Positions 1 through 10,582 of a DNA stretch of 64,000 nucleotides are shown here, piece by piece. Within the stretch, counting starts at the first letter, position 1. Every line of letters starts with the position of its first letter. The DNA comes from Candidatus Multivoradales bacterium (GTDB taxonomy: Bacteria; Acidobacteriota; Thermoanaerobaculia; Multivoradales; J023): NCBI GenBank assembly GCA_965248925.1, contig CBDFLE010000006.1:3200001-3264000 (forward strand), given 5' to 3'. The notes below the pieces were generated by a model. That model saw only the letters and a program-made list of their open reading frames with translations, did not search any database and was not told the origin of the DNA. The translations under genes and the position numbers were made by a program.

Positions 1-61
1 GATCGATGGGGACTTTCCCCGCTGCGATCCCCTTTCACCTCGATAGCAAGGAGTCCAACCT

Positions 62-1105
62 GTGCCAGATCCTCGAGTCCCGCGAAGGCGGTGGACACCC
101 GTCGTCGTCGTTCTCGGCGCCTTGCTGGCCTCGGTGGCAGTCGGCCAAACACCGGCCCGACTCGCCAGCCGACTGAACTCGGATCTCGATCTGCTGTTGC
201 AGCTTCTCGAAGGAGAGTTCGACAATTACTGGCAAGCGCGAATCGACCGCGAGAGTGAGGTCGAATTCCCTCACCGCCGCGTTCACGCGCTCTTCTCCCG
301 CGTCGAGCTGGCGGCGCTGGGCCCGCATGTGTTCTACGTTCAGCAGACGGAGGATGGCGACTCGGCGAAGATCGTCGGCCAGTGGTTGTACAGCTTTCGC
401 ACCGATCTCGAGCAGCAGGAGATCGAGATGTCAGTGCATACCTTTGCTGATCCCGCGGCGATGGTGGATGCCCATCGTCAGCCGGCCAAATGGAAGCAGG
501 TGAGACTCGCTGATCTGAGCAGCCATCCCGGCTGTGAGATCTACTGGCAACGGCGTGAAATCCTCTTTGTTGGACAAACCCTGGAGGGGGCGTGTCGGAT
601 TGGCTCAGAACATTCCACCGACCCCTTGGTGGTGACCGAAGATTTCCGCTTGACTGCCGACGGGCTCTGGCTTGAGCAGCGTGCCGAGACGGTCGAGGGT
701 GAGTATGCCTTCGGCCCTCGTGGGGGAGTGGCACAGCAACTTCGCAGAGTGCGCTATTTTGATTGCTGGAGCGCTGTTAAACCGCAGCAAGAGGATCGGG
801 AATGGGATGTGTGGCGTGATCTCGTGCTCCACGATCAGGGAGGGGTGGTGGAGTTGAAGCCGGCGGATGGCAGAGTGGCCCGGTTCAGCTTTGAACTCTT
901 TCAGGCGGTCTTTGAGGGCGAAGACCGAGTGCATGTGTTGCAGCTGGCGGTGCACCAAGTGGGTACAAAAGAATCGATCGCCTACAGTTGGTCGAGTCCC
1001 GCTAGTTCCCAGTTAGGTGTCAACCTGCGTTTTCTCCAGATCGGCTGCACCCGTCGTCCAGCAGAAGCTCAGGCCTTGGGCATCAGCAGCCAGAGCAGTA
1101 GGTAG
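62..1105 (+). CDS. Secreted CpcT/CpeT (chromophore lyase T-type)-like beta-barrel protein with an extra C-terminal domain
   Basis: 347-aa ORF; hydrophobic signal peptide (VVVVLGALLASVAVG); LLEGEFDNYWQA...HRRVH...FYVQQ...GCEIYW pattern of the CpcT/CpeT family. Confidence 0.65.
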   Translation: MPDPRVPRRRWTPVVVVLGALLASVAVGQTPARLASRLNSDLDLLLQLLEGEFDNYWQARIDRESEVEFPHRRVHALFSRVELAALGPHVFYVQQTEDGDSAKIVGQWLYSFRTDLEQQEIEMSVHTFADPAAMVDAHRQPAKWKQVRLADLSSHPGCEIYWQRREILFVGQTLEGACRIGSEHSTDPLVVTEDFRLTADGLWLEQRAETVEGEYAFGPRGGVAQQLRRVRYFDCWSAVKPQQEDREWDVWRDLVLHDQGGVVELKPADGRVARFSFELFQAVFEGEDRVHVLQLAVHQVGTKESIAYSWSSPASSQLGVNLRFLQIGCTRRPAEAQALGISSQSSR

Positions 1106-1251
1106 ACCACGGTGCCGGGGAAACCCACTGAAGCGATCGAAATCACTACGAACAAGACTCGCACCAGGGTTGGATCCCACCCCAGCCATTTGGCGATGCC
1201 GCCACAAACGCCACCGAGCATCCGGTTGCTTCTCGATCGATAAAGGGGCAT
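1069..1251 (-). CDS. pspC: PspC domain-containing membrane protein
   Basis: LYRSRSNRMLGGVCGGIAKWLGWDPTLVRV is the PspC signature; GGAGG RBS upstream. Confidence 0.9.
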   Translation of the reverse strand: MPLYRSRSNRMLGGVCGGIAKWLGWDPTLVRVLFVVISIASVGFPGTVVYLLLWLLMPKA

Positions 1252-1387
1252 GAGAGATCCTCCACAGGTCGTTTATCAGCGCCGCTGAACCAGCGACTGG
1301 GTCTGTCATCAAAGGCTACGACGCAGTGCGGCATGTTATTCACCCGATCCACTCGACCGGTTTGGCACCAGGGGTTGGCGAGAGCTG

Positions 1388-2815
1388 TCAGTTGCCTGCT
1401 CGGTCGCTGGCTGGGGGAATCAGCTCGAGGGCCAGCAAGCGGTCTTTGCCGCGCAGGTAGAGCAAGCCTTGGGCGAGCACGGGTTCGTTCCACACCGGAT
1501 ACGGCAGCAGCGGCCCTGTCTTGCCGGCGCCGGCTCTGGCGACCTCGCGGTAACCTTCGCCGCTGGCTTCGACCAGCAGTAGTTGGCCGCGTTCGGTAGA
1601 AACCAGCAAGTGGTTGTCGACCCAGATCATCGTCGCACGGCCAAGCTCTCCTTGGCGCCACAGCACCCGGCCGGTGGCGGCCTCGATGGCGCGCAGTTCA
1701 GCCCCGCCGCTGCTCTCACCGCTAGAACCCCAGACGATGCCCTGGCGGTGGATCGGAGTGCTCCAATGGCAAGCCAGGCTCTTGCCTCGGGGCGGGTCGA
1801 CCCACACCGGTTTGGCGCCGCTCGGACCCACCTCCAACAGGGCTGCTCCCGGACCATAGGCTTCGGTAATCAGCACCCGCTGGCCGATCACCACCGGGTT
1901 GGCGGCGTTGACCGAGAGCAGTTTCATAGCCCGCCACGGAAAGTGAAAACCGACCTCGCCGCGGACCGGATCGAGGCCCACCAGACCGCCGCGGGCAAGG
2001 ACAAAGGCCCAGCGCCGGCCGCCGAGGGTCGCCAGCACAGGGCTCGAATAGCTGGCCAGCTCGTTGCTCACCTGGTACCGCACCTCACCGCTGAACTTGT
2101 TGAAGGCGACGACGCCGCTGCCATTGCCGGCCACCGGTCCGCGGTGAATCGACGGGCTGTCCGGCGGGCTGCCGCCGATCATGACGAGTAGCAGGTCGCC
2201 CTCGATCGTCGGGGTCGAGCCGACACCGAAGAAGTTCTGCACCACGCCGAAGCGTCGCTGGGTGTCGACTTCCCAGAGCAGCTTGCCATCACCCACCCGG
2301 TGGCAGCGCAGCCGACCTTCGACACCGAAAGTGTAGACCCGGTCGCCATCGATCACCGGTGACGAGCGGGGCCCGGCGCTGAATTTGTACAGGTCTTGGT
2401 AGTCGGTGGGGTGCTCGTTGTGCCACAGCTCGCGGCCAGTTTCGCTGTGGAAGCAGGTCAGGCGAGCCTGGTCGCCGTGTCGGTCGTAGAACAGCAACCT
2501 GCCGCGAGCCACCGCAGGACCGGCGTAGCCATCGCCGACTGGCCGCTGCCAAACCTGCCGCAGACCTTCTGCTGGCCAGGCGAGCAGCAGGCCGGTTTCG
2601 GTTGAGGTCCCATCGCCGTTGGGGCCGCGAAAAGTCGGCCAGTCGCTGCCATCCCTCCGGCTGCGCAAGTCCTTGGGCAGAGGTTCTTTGGCTGCTGATT
2701 CAGCGGCAAGGGGCCAGGCGGTTCCGCCAGCTGTGGCGAGTGCCAGCCAGCAAACCAGCAGGTAGGTCGAACAGCCATTGCGGTCGGCAGATAAGCTCAT
2801 GCTGGAGGCCAGCAT
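1388..2815 (-). CDS. Secreted PQQ-like beta-propeller repeat protein (BamB-like)
   Basis: DWPTFRGPNGDG start motif and repeated G..LW blades; signal peptide; exact start uncertain (2815 or 2800). Confidence 0.85.
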   Translation of the reverse strand: MLASSMSLSADRNGCSTYLLVCWLALATAGGTAWPLAAESAAKEPLPKDLRSRRDGSDWPTFRGPNGDGTSTETGLLLAWPAEGLRQVWQRPVGDGYAGPAVARGRLLFYDRHGDQARLTCFHSETGRELWHNEHPTDYQDLYKFSAGPRSSPVIDGDRVYTFGVEGRLRCHRVGDGKLLWEVDTQRRFGVVQNFFGVGSTPTIEGDLLLVMIGGSPPDSPSIHRGPVAGNGSGVVAFNKFSGEVRYQVSNELASYSSPVLATLGGRRWAFVLARGGLVGLDPVRGEVGFHFPWRAMKLLSVNAANPVVIGQRVLITEAYGPGAALLEVGPSGAKPVWVDPPRGKSLACHWSTPIHRQGIVWGSSGESSGGAELRAIEAATGRVLWRQGELGRATMIWVDNHLLVSTERGQLLLVEASGEGYREVARAGAGKTGPLLPYPVWNEPVLAQGLLYLRGKDRLLALELIPPASDRAGN

Positions 2816-2910
2816 ATCGCCCTTGTCGGTTGTGCGCTCCTGGACCCTTGGTGCATGCTAGGCGCTGGCTTCCTAGAAGTTTCTCAGCCGTCCCGAAGCA
2901 GGAGGTAATG

Positions 2911-3324
2911 ATGGTCAAACGTATCGACAAGAACGATCAGGAATGGCGCCAGCACCTCACCGACGAGCAGTACCGAGTTTGTCGTAAGGAAGGCACGGAG
3001 CGTGCCTTCTCCGGTGAGTATCACGACTGCAAGGATGACGGCACCTATCGCTGCGTCGGTTGTGGTGCGCCGCTATTTGCCGCCGCGACCAAATTCGATT
3101 CTGGTACCGGTTGGCCGAGCTTCTGGCAGACTGTGGATGGCGAGCAAGTGGCGGAGCGTGAGGATCGCAGCTTCCTCAGCCGCCGCACTGAGGTCCACTG
3201 CGCGGCTTGCGAGTCCCATCTGGGTCACGTTTTCACCGACGGGCCGCAGCCCACGGGTTTGCGTTACTGCATCAATTCGGTAGCGCTGAAGCTCGATCGC
3301 CAGGCTGGCGAAGACCAAGAGTGA
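2911..3324 (+). CDS. msrB: Peptide-methionine (R)-S-oxide reductase
   Basis: GTERAFSG, KFDSGTGWPSF, HLGHVF, RYCINS and two CxxC zinc pairs; GGAGGT RBS at 2901-2906. Confidence 0.97.
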   Translation: MVKRIDKNDQEWRQHLTDEQYRVCRKEGTERAFSGEYHDCKDDGTYRCVGCGAPLFAAATKFDSGTGWPSFWQTVDGEQVAEREDRSFLSRRTEVHCAACESHLGHVFTDGPQPTGLRYCINSVALKLDRQAGEDQE

Positions 3325-3368
3325 GCGGTGTGGCCGCGCACTTCTGCCCGCACCGTGGCGACTTCGGC

Positions 3369-4217
<849 letters not shown>

Positions 4218-4429
4218 CGGTTCTGCTCTCCTCTCGAAGCGAGCCCTCAGCACATCATTCGCCTCGACCTAGAGCCACCTTTGAGCGTCATGTGTCGGTC
4301 ATCTTTGTGTAACGGATTTGCGCCTCTAGATCACGCCGGGTTGGCTTGGCAGAGACGATGTTCAGGGACTGCCCTCGAAGCCAGCGAGAGGACCGTCCAC
4401 TGGCTGAGAGATCTGACTCAGCGCTCCAG

Positions 4430-5137
4430 CTAGGGCACGAAGCGATAGCCGGCGCCGCGCACTGAAACGATGTGCTGCGGATCGGCGGGCTTGTCTTCGA
4501 GTGCTTGGCGCAGTTTGCGGATGAAGTTGTCAACGGTGCGGCTCTCGATGTCGCCGGAGAGTCCCCACACTTCTTCCAAGAACACCCGCCGCGAGATCAC
4601 CTCGCCAGGACGCGCCGCGAAGAGCTTGAGCATGGCGATCTCGCGCGGCGAAAGGTGGATTTCCTTGCCGCGGCGGCGGCTTGCTTGGAAGGTCTGGAAG
4701 TCCACCGTCCACGGGCCATAAGCGAGGGTGCGCACCTCGCTATCGGCCTCTGGCGGGTTGCTGGTTCGGCCCCAGACCTGGCGCCGTAGCGCGCCGCGGA
4801 TCCGCGCCAGCACCTCGTCGAGGTCGTAGGGTTTGAGGATGTAGTCGTCGGCGCCGGCGTCGAGACCGCGGATGGCGTCGTCGCTGTGGTTGCGGGCGGT
4901 GACCATCAGAATCGGCTGCATGTGGCCGACTTGTCGCAGTCGGCGGGCGACCTCAAAACCATCGATTCCGGGCAACATGATGTCCAGCAGCAGCAGATCG
5001 AAGGCCTCCAGCTCGGCGGCCTCCAACATGCTCTCTCCAGTGTCGAAAATCTCGACGTCGTAGCCCGAATTGCGTAGGTTGAAGGCCAGCCCCTCGGCCA
5101 GATGGCGCTCGTCCTCAACCAGCAGAATGCGGCTCAT
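4430..5137 (-). CDS. OmpR/PhoB-family response regulator
   Basis: Receiver domain (LLVEDE, LLDIMLPG, KPY) plus winged-helix (SRTVDNFIRKLR, VRGAGYRF). Confidence 0.95.
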   Translation of the reverse strand: MSRILLVEDERHLAEGLAFNLRNSGYDVEIFDTGESMLEAAELEAFDLLLLDIMLPGIDGFEVARRLRQVGHMQPILMVTARNHSDDAIRGLDAGADDYILKPYDLDEVLARIRGALRRQVWGRTSNPPEADSEVRTLAYGPWTVDFQTFQASRRRGKEIHLSPREIAMLKLFAARPGEVISRRVFLEEVWGLSGDIESRTVDNFIRKLRQALEDKPADPQHIVSVRGAGYRFVP

Positions 5138-6150
5138 GCAGCGATGGCTCCGTTGCTCTTGGACAAAGGTAGGCGGATGTTGACGGTGAGGCCATGGCCG
5201 CTGCCGACACTGGTGGCGCTGACCTTGCCGCCGTGTGCCTGGACGATCGAGCGGACGATGAAAAGGCCGATGCCGGTGCCCTTGCGCGCCCGGCTCGGAA
5301 AGGCTCTCTGGACGCGGTAGAAGCGGTTGAAGAGATCGGGTAGGGCGGCAGCCGGTACTCCCAGACCGCGATCGCTGAAACGTAGCTCGACCTCTTCTTC
5401 GCGGCGCTCTACGTTGAGGGTGATGCGAGGTGGTTCGGTGCCCGCGTAGCGCACTGCGTTGTCGACCAGATTGTCCAGCACCTGGCGGAACATCATGTTG
5501 TCCAGCTCCACCCAGGTCTCGTCAGAGTGATGCAGTTCGAACTCCAGCTCGTGCTCTTCGTGCAATTGGCGGGCATCCTCGGAGTAGTCGGCCAGGTAGG
5601 CGCCGAGTTCGAGTTCTTGCGGTGTTACCTGAAGTTCGTCGCCGCGTCGGTCGATTTCGGCAGCGCGCAAGATGTTTGAGATCAGCCGCGATAGGCGTTC
5701 GACGTCGAAGAGGATCTTCTCGACAAAGTTGCGCCGGTCGCCAGGGCTGAGTTCGGCGCTGCGCAGGGTTTGGGCGAAGAGCTTGATCGACGACAGGGGC
5801 GAGTTGAGTTCATGCGACACCGAAGCGATGAAATCGGATTGCCGCTGCCGCCAGCGGATATGGCCGAAGAGCTGAGCGCCGAGGATCGACGACAGGATGA
5901 TGATGGTCAGGAACAAAGCGGTGCCAAGGGCGATGAGAGTGCTACGAAAAAAGGCTCCTTGCTGTGCGGCGAGCTGCTTGAGCTGTTGATAGTCCTGTAC
6001 TAGAGCAACGTTCCACAGCACCGTCAAAGTGATGGTCAACACCAGCACGACCACGAAGAGGATGATCGGGCCGCGGATCGAGAGGTGGCGGTAGCTGGAT
6101 TCGCTCAAGAGTTTCGGTTTCCGGAGTTCGGAGTTGAGGTCAAGCGGCAT
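5134..6150 (-). CDS. Membrane sensor histidine kinase (cognate of the adjacent regulator)
   Basis: Two TMs; H-box SVSHELNSPL; N-box NLVDNAVRY; G boxes DRGLG and GTGIGL; 4-bp overlap with the regulator. Confidence 0.95.
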   Translation of the reverse strand: MPLDLNSELRKPKLLSESSYRHLSIRGPIILFVVVLVLTITLTVLWNVALVQDYQQLKQLAAQQGAFFRSTLIALGTALFLTIIILSSILGAQLFGHIRWRQRQSDFIASVSHELNSPLSSIKLFAQTLRSAELSPGDRRNFVEKILFDVERLSRLISNILRAAEIDRRGDELQVTPQELELGAYLADYSEDARQLHEEHELEFELHHSDETWVELDNMMFRQVLDNLVDNAVRYAGTEPPRITLNVERREEEVELRFSDRGLGVPAAALPDLFNRFYRVQRAFPSRARKGTGIGLFIVRSIVQAHGGKVSATSVGSGHGLTVNIRLPLSKSNGAIAA

Positions 6151-6192
6151 TCTAGCGCGATGGTAGATTCGGCAGTCTTTGGAGGTTCCGAT

Positions 6193-7893
6193 ATGCCGCA
6201 GATCCGTACGCGACCGCTGCCCCTCGCCGTTCTAGCCGTATCTTGTCTTCTCATCGCCGTTAACCCGATGTTGGCTGAGCCGCCGATGCCGATCGAGGAC
6301 GCGCCGCCGCGGGCCGAAGGCGAAGGACCCTGGAGTCAGCTAATTCTGCGCGGCGGCATCTTGGTAGATGGCACTGGCGCACCGCCGCGTGGGCCGGTCG
6401 ATATCGTCATCGAAGGCCATCGCATTGTCCGCATCGAGAGTGTTGGTTACCCAGGGGTGCCGATCGAGGCCGACAAGCGGCCGGAGCTGGGTGAGGGTGG
6501 CCATGAACTCGAAGTTTCGGGGATGTATGTTCTACCCGGTTTTGTCGACATGCACGGTCATATCGGTGGCCACGATCAGGGCACGCCGGCGGAGTACGTT
6601 TTCAAGCTGTGGCTCGGGCACGGCATCACCACCATTCGCGATCCGGCCTGCGGTAGCGGGCTCGATTGGTGTTTGGCGCACAAGCAGAAGAGTGCGGACA
6701 ATGAGATCACCGCGCCCCGGATCGAAGTCTACGTGGTCTTCGGCCAGGGGCTCGACGACCCATTCACCGAGCCCGAGCAGGCGCGCCGCTGGGTACGGCA
6801 GGTCGCCGAACAAGGGGCCGATGGGCTGAAGTTCTTTGGCTATCGGCCCGACATCATGCAAGCGGCGATCGAGGAGGCCACCGCCCGCGGCCTAAGAACC
6901 GCCTGTCACCATGCCCAGTTGGCGGTCACCCGGGTCAATGTGCTCGACACCGCCCGCTGGGGCTTGACCTCGATGGAGCATTGGTATGGCCTGCCCGAGG
7001 CTTTGTTCGACGATCGGGTGATCCAGGACTACCCGGTCGACTACAACTACAACAACGAGCAGCATCGTTTTGGCGCGGCCGGCCGGCTGTGGGCCCAGGC
7101 GGCAGCGCCCGGCAGCGCCCGCTGGGAAGCGGTGATGGACGAGTTGCTAGAACTCGACTTCACCCTCGACCCGACCCTGACCATCTACGAAGCCAGCCGC
7201 GACCTGATGCGCGCCCGCCGCGCCGAATGGCACGAGGAGTACACCCTGCCGTCCTTGTGGGATTTCTACCGCCCGAGCCGTAAAGCGCACGGTTCCTACT
7301 GGTTCGACTGGTCGACCGAAGACGAGGTCGCCTGGCGCGGCAACTTCCGGCGTTGGATGGTGTTTCTCAATGAGTACAAGAACCGTGGCGGCCGAGTCAC
7401 CGCCGGCTCCGACAGCGGTTTTATCTACAAGCTTTACGGCTTCGGCTACATCCGCGAACTCGAACTGCTGCGCGAAGCCGGTTTCCACCCCCTTGAGGTG
7501 CTGCGCTCGGCGACTTACCTCGGCGCCGAGGCGCTTGGCCGGGTCGCCGAGATCGGCTCGGTCGAGCCCGGCAAGCTGGCTGACCTGATCGTCGTGCCCG
7601 AAAATCCGCTGGCCAACTTGAAAGTGCTTTACGGCACCGGCGCGATCCGGGTCGACGAGGACAACCAGCCGGTGCGGGTCGGCGGCGTGCGCTGGACGAT
7701 CAAAGACGGCATCGTCTACGACGCGCCACGGCTGCTCGCCGACGTGCGGAGAATCGTCGCCGAGGCCAAAGAGCGAGAGGGGCGAGAGCTGGTGCAGCCC
7801 GGCATGCCGGGGGATCAGCCGCCGGCCGAGGGGGGCGAGGACCAGCCGCAGGGGGATTCGGCTGCAGCCGCTGAGGGGCTGCCGATCAGCTGA
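6193..7893 (+). CDS. Secreted metal-dependent amidohydrolase
   Basis: PGFVDMHGH metal motif, AGSDSG, GSVEPGKLADL; signal peptide; GGAGG RBS at 6181. Confidence 0.9.
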   Translation: MPQIRTRPLPLAVLAVSCLLIAVNPMLAEPPMPIEDAPPRAEGEGPWSQLILRGGILVDGTGAPPRGPVDIVIEGHRIVRIESVGYPGVPIEADKRPELGEGGHELEVSGMYVLPGFVDMHGHIGGHDQGTPAEYVFKLWLGHGITTIRDPACGSGLDWCLAHKQKSADNEITAPRIEVYVVFGQGLDDPFTEPEQARRWVRQVAEQGADGLKFFGYRPDIMQAAIEEATARGLRTACHHAQLAVTRVNVLDTARWGLTSMEHWYGLPEALFDDRVIQDYPVDYNYNNEQHRFGAAGRLWAQAAAPGSARWEAVMDELLELDFTLDPTLTIYEASRDLMRARRAEWHEEYTLPSLWDFYRPSRKAHGSYWFDWSTEDEVAWRGNFRRWMVFLNEYKNRGGRVTAGSDSGFIYKLYGFGYIRELELLREAGFHPLEVLRSATYLGAEALGRVAEIGSVEPGKLADLIVVPENPLANLKVLYGTGAIRVDEDNQPVRVGGVRWTIKDGIVYDAPRLLADVRRIVAEAKEREGRELVQPGMPGDQPPAEGGEDQPQGDSAAAAEGLPIS

Positions 7894-10024
7894 GGAATAG
7901 GTAGGCGAGGAAGAGCAGGATCACCAGGACCACGGTCGGAGTTCCGAAAGACAGAGCACTTCGCTGCCAGGGCTCTAGCTGCTGCCAACGTTGGCCGAGA
8001 GTTAGCTGAGTCTGCCGGCGATCGCGCCCTATTTCCTGTTGCAGCTGATCCGCCGGGACCTGACTGACGTTGCGTCGCGCTTCAGACTGTGATCCTTCGA
8101 TCATCCTGCGGTGACGCTGGCGGATCTTGCTCACTTGCGGCGGGCTACTAGAGGTCCCGCCGCTGCTTTGGAGTTTTTGTGGCGTGTAGTCGACCCTCAA
8201 AGTTCTCGGCGAGGTAACCTGTTCCAGGGGCTGATCCACCTTCGGAATGAGGTAGGAGAAATGGGCGCCGCTGTGCAGGATGTAGATCTGAAGTCCACCG
8301 CTGCCCAGCTGCAGTGAGCCGATCAAGATGACCTGATCGGTGTTGGGTGGTGCCTGAACGATGTGGACCGTGCAGTTAGTGAAGCCCTGCCTTGCCAGAA
8401 TCGCCAGCGCCCGCTGACCGGAGGGGTGGCTGATATCGATCTGCTCACCGGCGGCAATGCCGATGTCCGCCTGGACGATGGCTTGGCGAAGCTGGCCGAT
8501 GGTCTCGGAGTCTTCCCGGCCGTAAGCCCGTGCCATGCAGCGCAGAAAGCAGTTCATTTGATCGCCGGACACCCGCTCGATGACGAAAGCCTGGCCCACC
8601 TGCTGTACTCCGGGCTGCTCGAGCAGCTTTTCAAAAGCGACCTGCTCGACGAAGTCGGGTTGCTCCCAATCCGGAGACCGCACGAACGGCTGCGGGCCCA
8701 AACTGGGCATCTCGATCTCCATCCACGGGCTCATCAACAGCACCTGTCGATTGCGGTCGACCGGTAGCTCTTTGAGCCGCTCATTGAGCCTGCCCTGGGC
8801 TTGCCCCAGCTCCTGGGTGCCGCTAGGCCAGAAGTCGTAGCCTCCGCCGTCGGCGATCAGCGCCCAGAACTGATAGTGGGTGAGCGTCAGATAGATGCGG
8901 CCCTGGGTGTAGTCGAGCACCACCTTGGTGTTGTGCTCCCAATCTGAACCGGTGCCGGTGTACTCGGCGAAGCCCTCTGGCCCCTGCCGACCCTTGACGA
9001 TTGCCGAACCGGCGCCGGTTTGCGAATGGGTCGCGTAGTGACCGTGCAGCGCCGGTTGCGGGGCGTCTTTGTCGAACTGGTTCTGCGGCAGCCTGCCGGA
9101 AGAGTCTTGGTGCCAGCTGCGCAGCGTGCCGGGCGCGTCGGGGCTCTTCTCTTTCCGCTTCTTCTCGTCTTCGGTTCTCTCGTCGACGACCGCTCCGCTG
9201 TCCAGCTGGAAGCGCACGTCGAACATCAGATTGATCAGCGGGCGAGGCAGAATCTGCTTGGCGACTTCCCACGGCAGGCGGGTGATCGGTAGACTCTCTT
9301 TGTGGTACGCCGGGTCTTCTTGGCCGAGGGCTCCGGCTAGCAGTACCGGGCCGATCGCCTGACCAAGAGACTCGTACATGCTCTCGTCGCTGCCCCACAT
9401 CACGCCTTCTGGCTGGCCGCGATGGGTCAGCGAAGTGTGCTGATACTCGTCACCTTCGAAGACGCTCTTCGGCATGGTGGCGTACCGGGTATCGCGGTTG
9501 GGCTGGGCAGGACCGCCTGGATTCTGATCGGGCTTGAACTTCTTGTATCCTGCTCTGATGCAATGGTTGATGTTGCCAGGCAATTCCGCGAGAAGCCCGA
9601 GCTTCTCCTCTCGAGATTTCTCAGGGAATGAGTTCGCCCTACGGAAATACTTGGCGGCTTTACTGTTGTCGAGTCCTGCGGCGATCTGGATCGCATAGGC
9701 GAGGTCGTCACGGATCGCCAGGTCGAAGTATTCGTCGAGCTGAGCATCATCGAGCTGGTCGAGGGTCAGGCCCAAACCTTGGGCATAGGCTTGCGGGGTG
9801 ATTACGATCAGGCGCTGGACAGTGTTGGCCGGTGCGCGTCGAGGTTCTCCGATCACTCGGTGGCCGAGCAGCTGGGCTCGTTGGATCCTCGCTTCGAGCT
9901 GATCTGGGGAGGGGGTCTCCCGCGAGCCCATCCGCTGATCGATCGTGGACTCGGGTGAGCGAGGTCGCGACCGGAAGTCGGCGTGGACTGGCGGAGGCGA
10001 GAAGGGCTTGTCAACTCGATGCAT
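7886..10024 (-). CDS. Orphan multidomain protein: barnase-like RNase motifs, OTU-like cysteine protease motifs and C-terminal TM anchor
   Basis: 712-aa ORF; HQDSSGRLP...AEYT...IYLTLTHYQF; VSGDQMNCFLRC...ILHSGAHFSYL; terminal hydrophobic helix VVLVILLFLAYLFLS. Confidence 0.6.
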   Translation of the reverse strand: MHRVDKPFSPPPVHADFRSRPRSPESTIDQRMGSRETPSPDQLEARIQRAQLLGHRVIGEPRRAPANTVQRLIVITPQAYAQGLGLTLDQLDDAQLDEYFDLAIRDDLAYAIQIAAGLDNSKAAKYFRRANSFPEKSREEKLGLLAELPGNINHCIRAGYKKFKPDQNPGGPAQPNRDTRYATMPKSVFEGDEYQHTSLTHRGQPEGVMWGSDESMYESLGQAIGPVLLAGALGQEDPAYHKESLPITRLPWEVAKQILPRPLINLMFDVRFQLDSGAVVDERTEDEKKRKEKSPDAPGTLRSWHQDSSGRLPQNQFDKDAPQPALHGHYATHSQTGAGSAIVKGRQGPEGFAEYTGTGSDWEHNTKVVLDYTQGRIYLTLTHYQFWALIADGGGYDFWPSGTQELGQAQGRLNERLKELPVDRNRQVLLMSPWMEIEMPSLGPQPFVRSPDWEQPDFVEQVAFEKLLEQPGVQQVGQAFVIERVSGDQMNCFLRCMARAYGREDSETIGQLRQAIVQADIGIAAGEQIDISHPSGQRALAILARQGFTNCTVHIVQAPPNTDQVILIGSLQLGSGGLQIYILHSGAHFSYLIPKVDQPLEQVTSPRTLRVDYTPQKLQSSGGTSSSPPQVSKIRQRHRRMIEGSQSEARRNVSQVPADQLQQEIGRDRRQTQLTLGQRWQQLEPWQRSALSFGTPTVVLVILLFLAYLFLS

Positions 10025-10176
10025 GTGGGTGACTCGGTGGTCTGTTCCCTTGAGGTCTTGCCGCCCAACAATATCTGGGTCAGCTCATCCCGGCAGAGGA
10101 CCATCGATTCTACGATGATCTAGCGAACCTCTGCCGAGGCGAGACCCTGGGGCACTGCTCGATGGCTTTCCTAGCC

Positions 10177-10215
10177 TTGACCTGAGTAGGAATCTTCATA
10201 TAACCTTTTGGTTAT
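10177..10215 (+). promoter_or_regulatory. Sigma70-like promoter overlapped by a palindromic ArsR operator
   Basis: TTGACC (10177) - 16 nt - TATAAC (10199); palindrome ATAACC-N4-GGTTAT at 10200-10215. Confidence 0.7.
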
Positions 10216-10582
10216 GCATAAGAGCCAGCTCGACCTCGTGTTCTCAGCCCTCGCGGATCCGACGCGCCGCGGGATGCTCGAGCAACTCGCCGGCGGGCAG
10301 GCCAATGTCGGTGCCTTGGCGAAACCCCATGCCATGTCACAGCCCGCCGTATCGAAGCACTTGCGGGTTCTGGAACGGGCAGGGTTGATCCAGCGCACGC
10401 GGTGTGGACGGGAGCACCACATCCGGGTCGATTCGCGACCCATCAAGGCAGCCAGCACCTGGATAGGACGCTACACGCGGTTCTGGGGCCAGCAGCTCGA
10501 CGACGTCGAGGCCTATCTCAAAGCACCAGAGAGAGACTGGCCGGGACAAAGCCACAGGAGAGATACCAGCGATGAGCAATGA
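10214..10582 (+). CDS. ArsR/SmtB-family transcriptional regulator
   Basis: VFSALADPTRR and SQPAVSKHLRVLERAGLI motifs. Confidence 0.93.
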   Translation: MHKSQLDLVFSALADPTRRGMLEQLAGGQANVGALAKPHAMSQPAVSKHLRVLERAGLIQRTRCGREHHIRVDSRPIKAASTWIGRYTRFWGQQLDDVEAYLKAPERDWPGQSHRRDTSDEQ

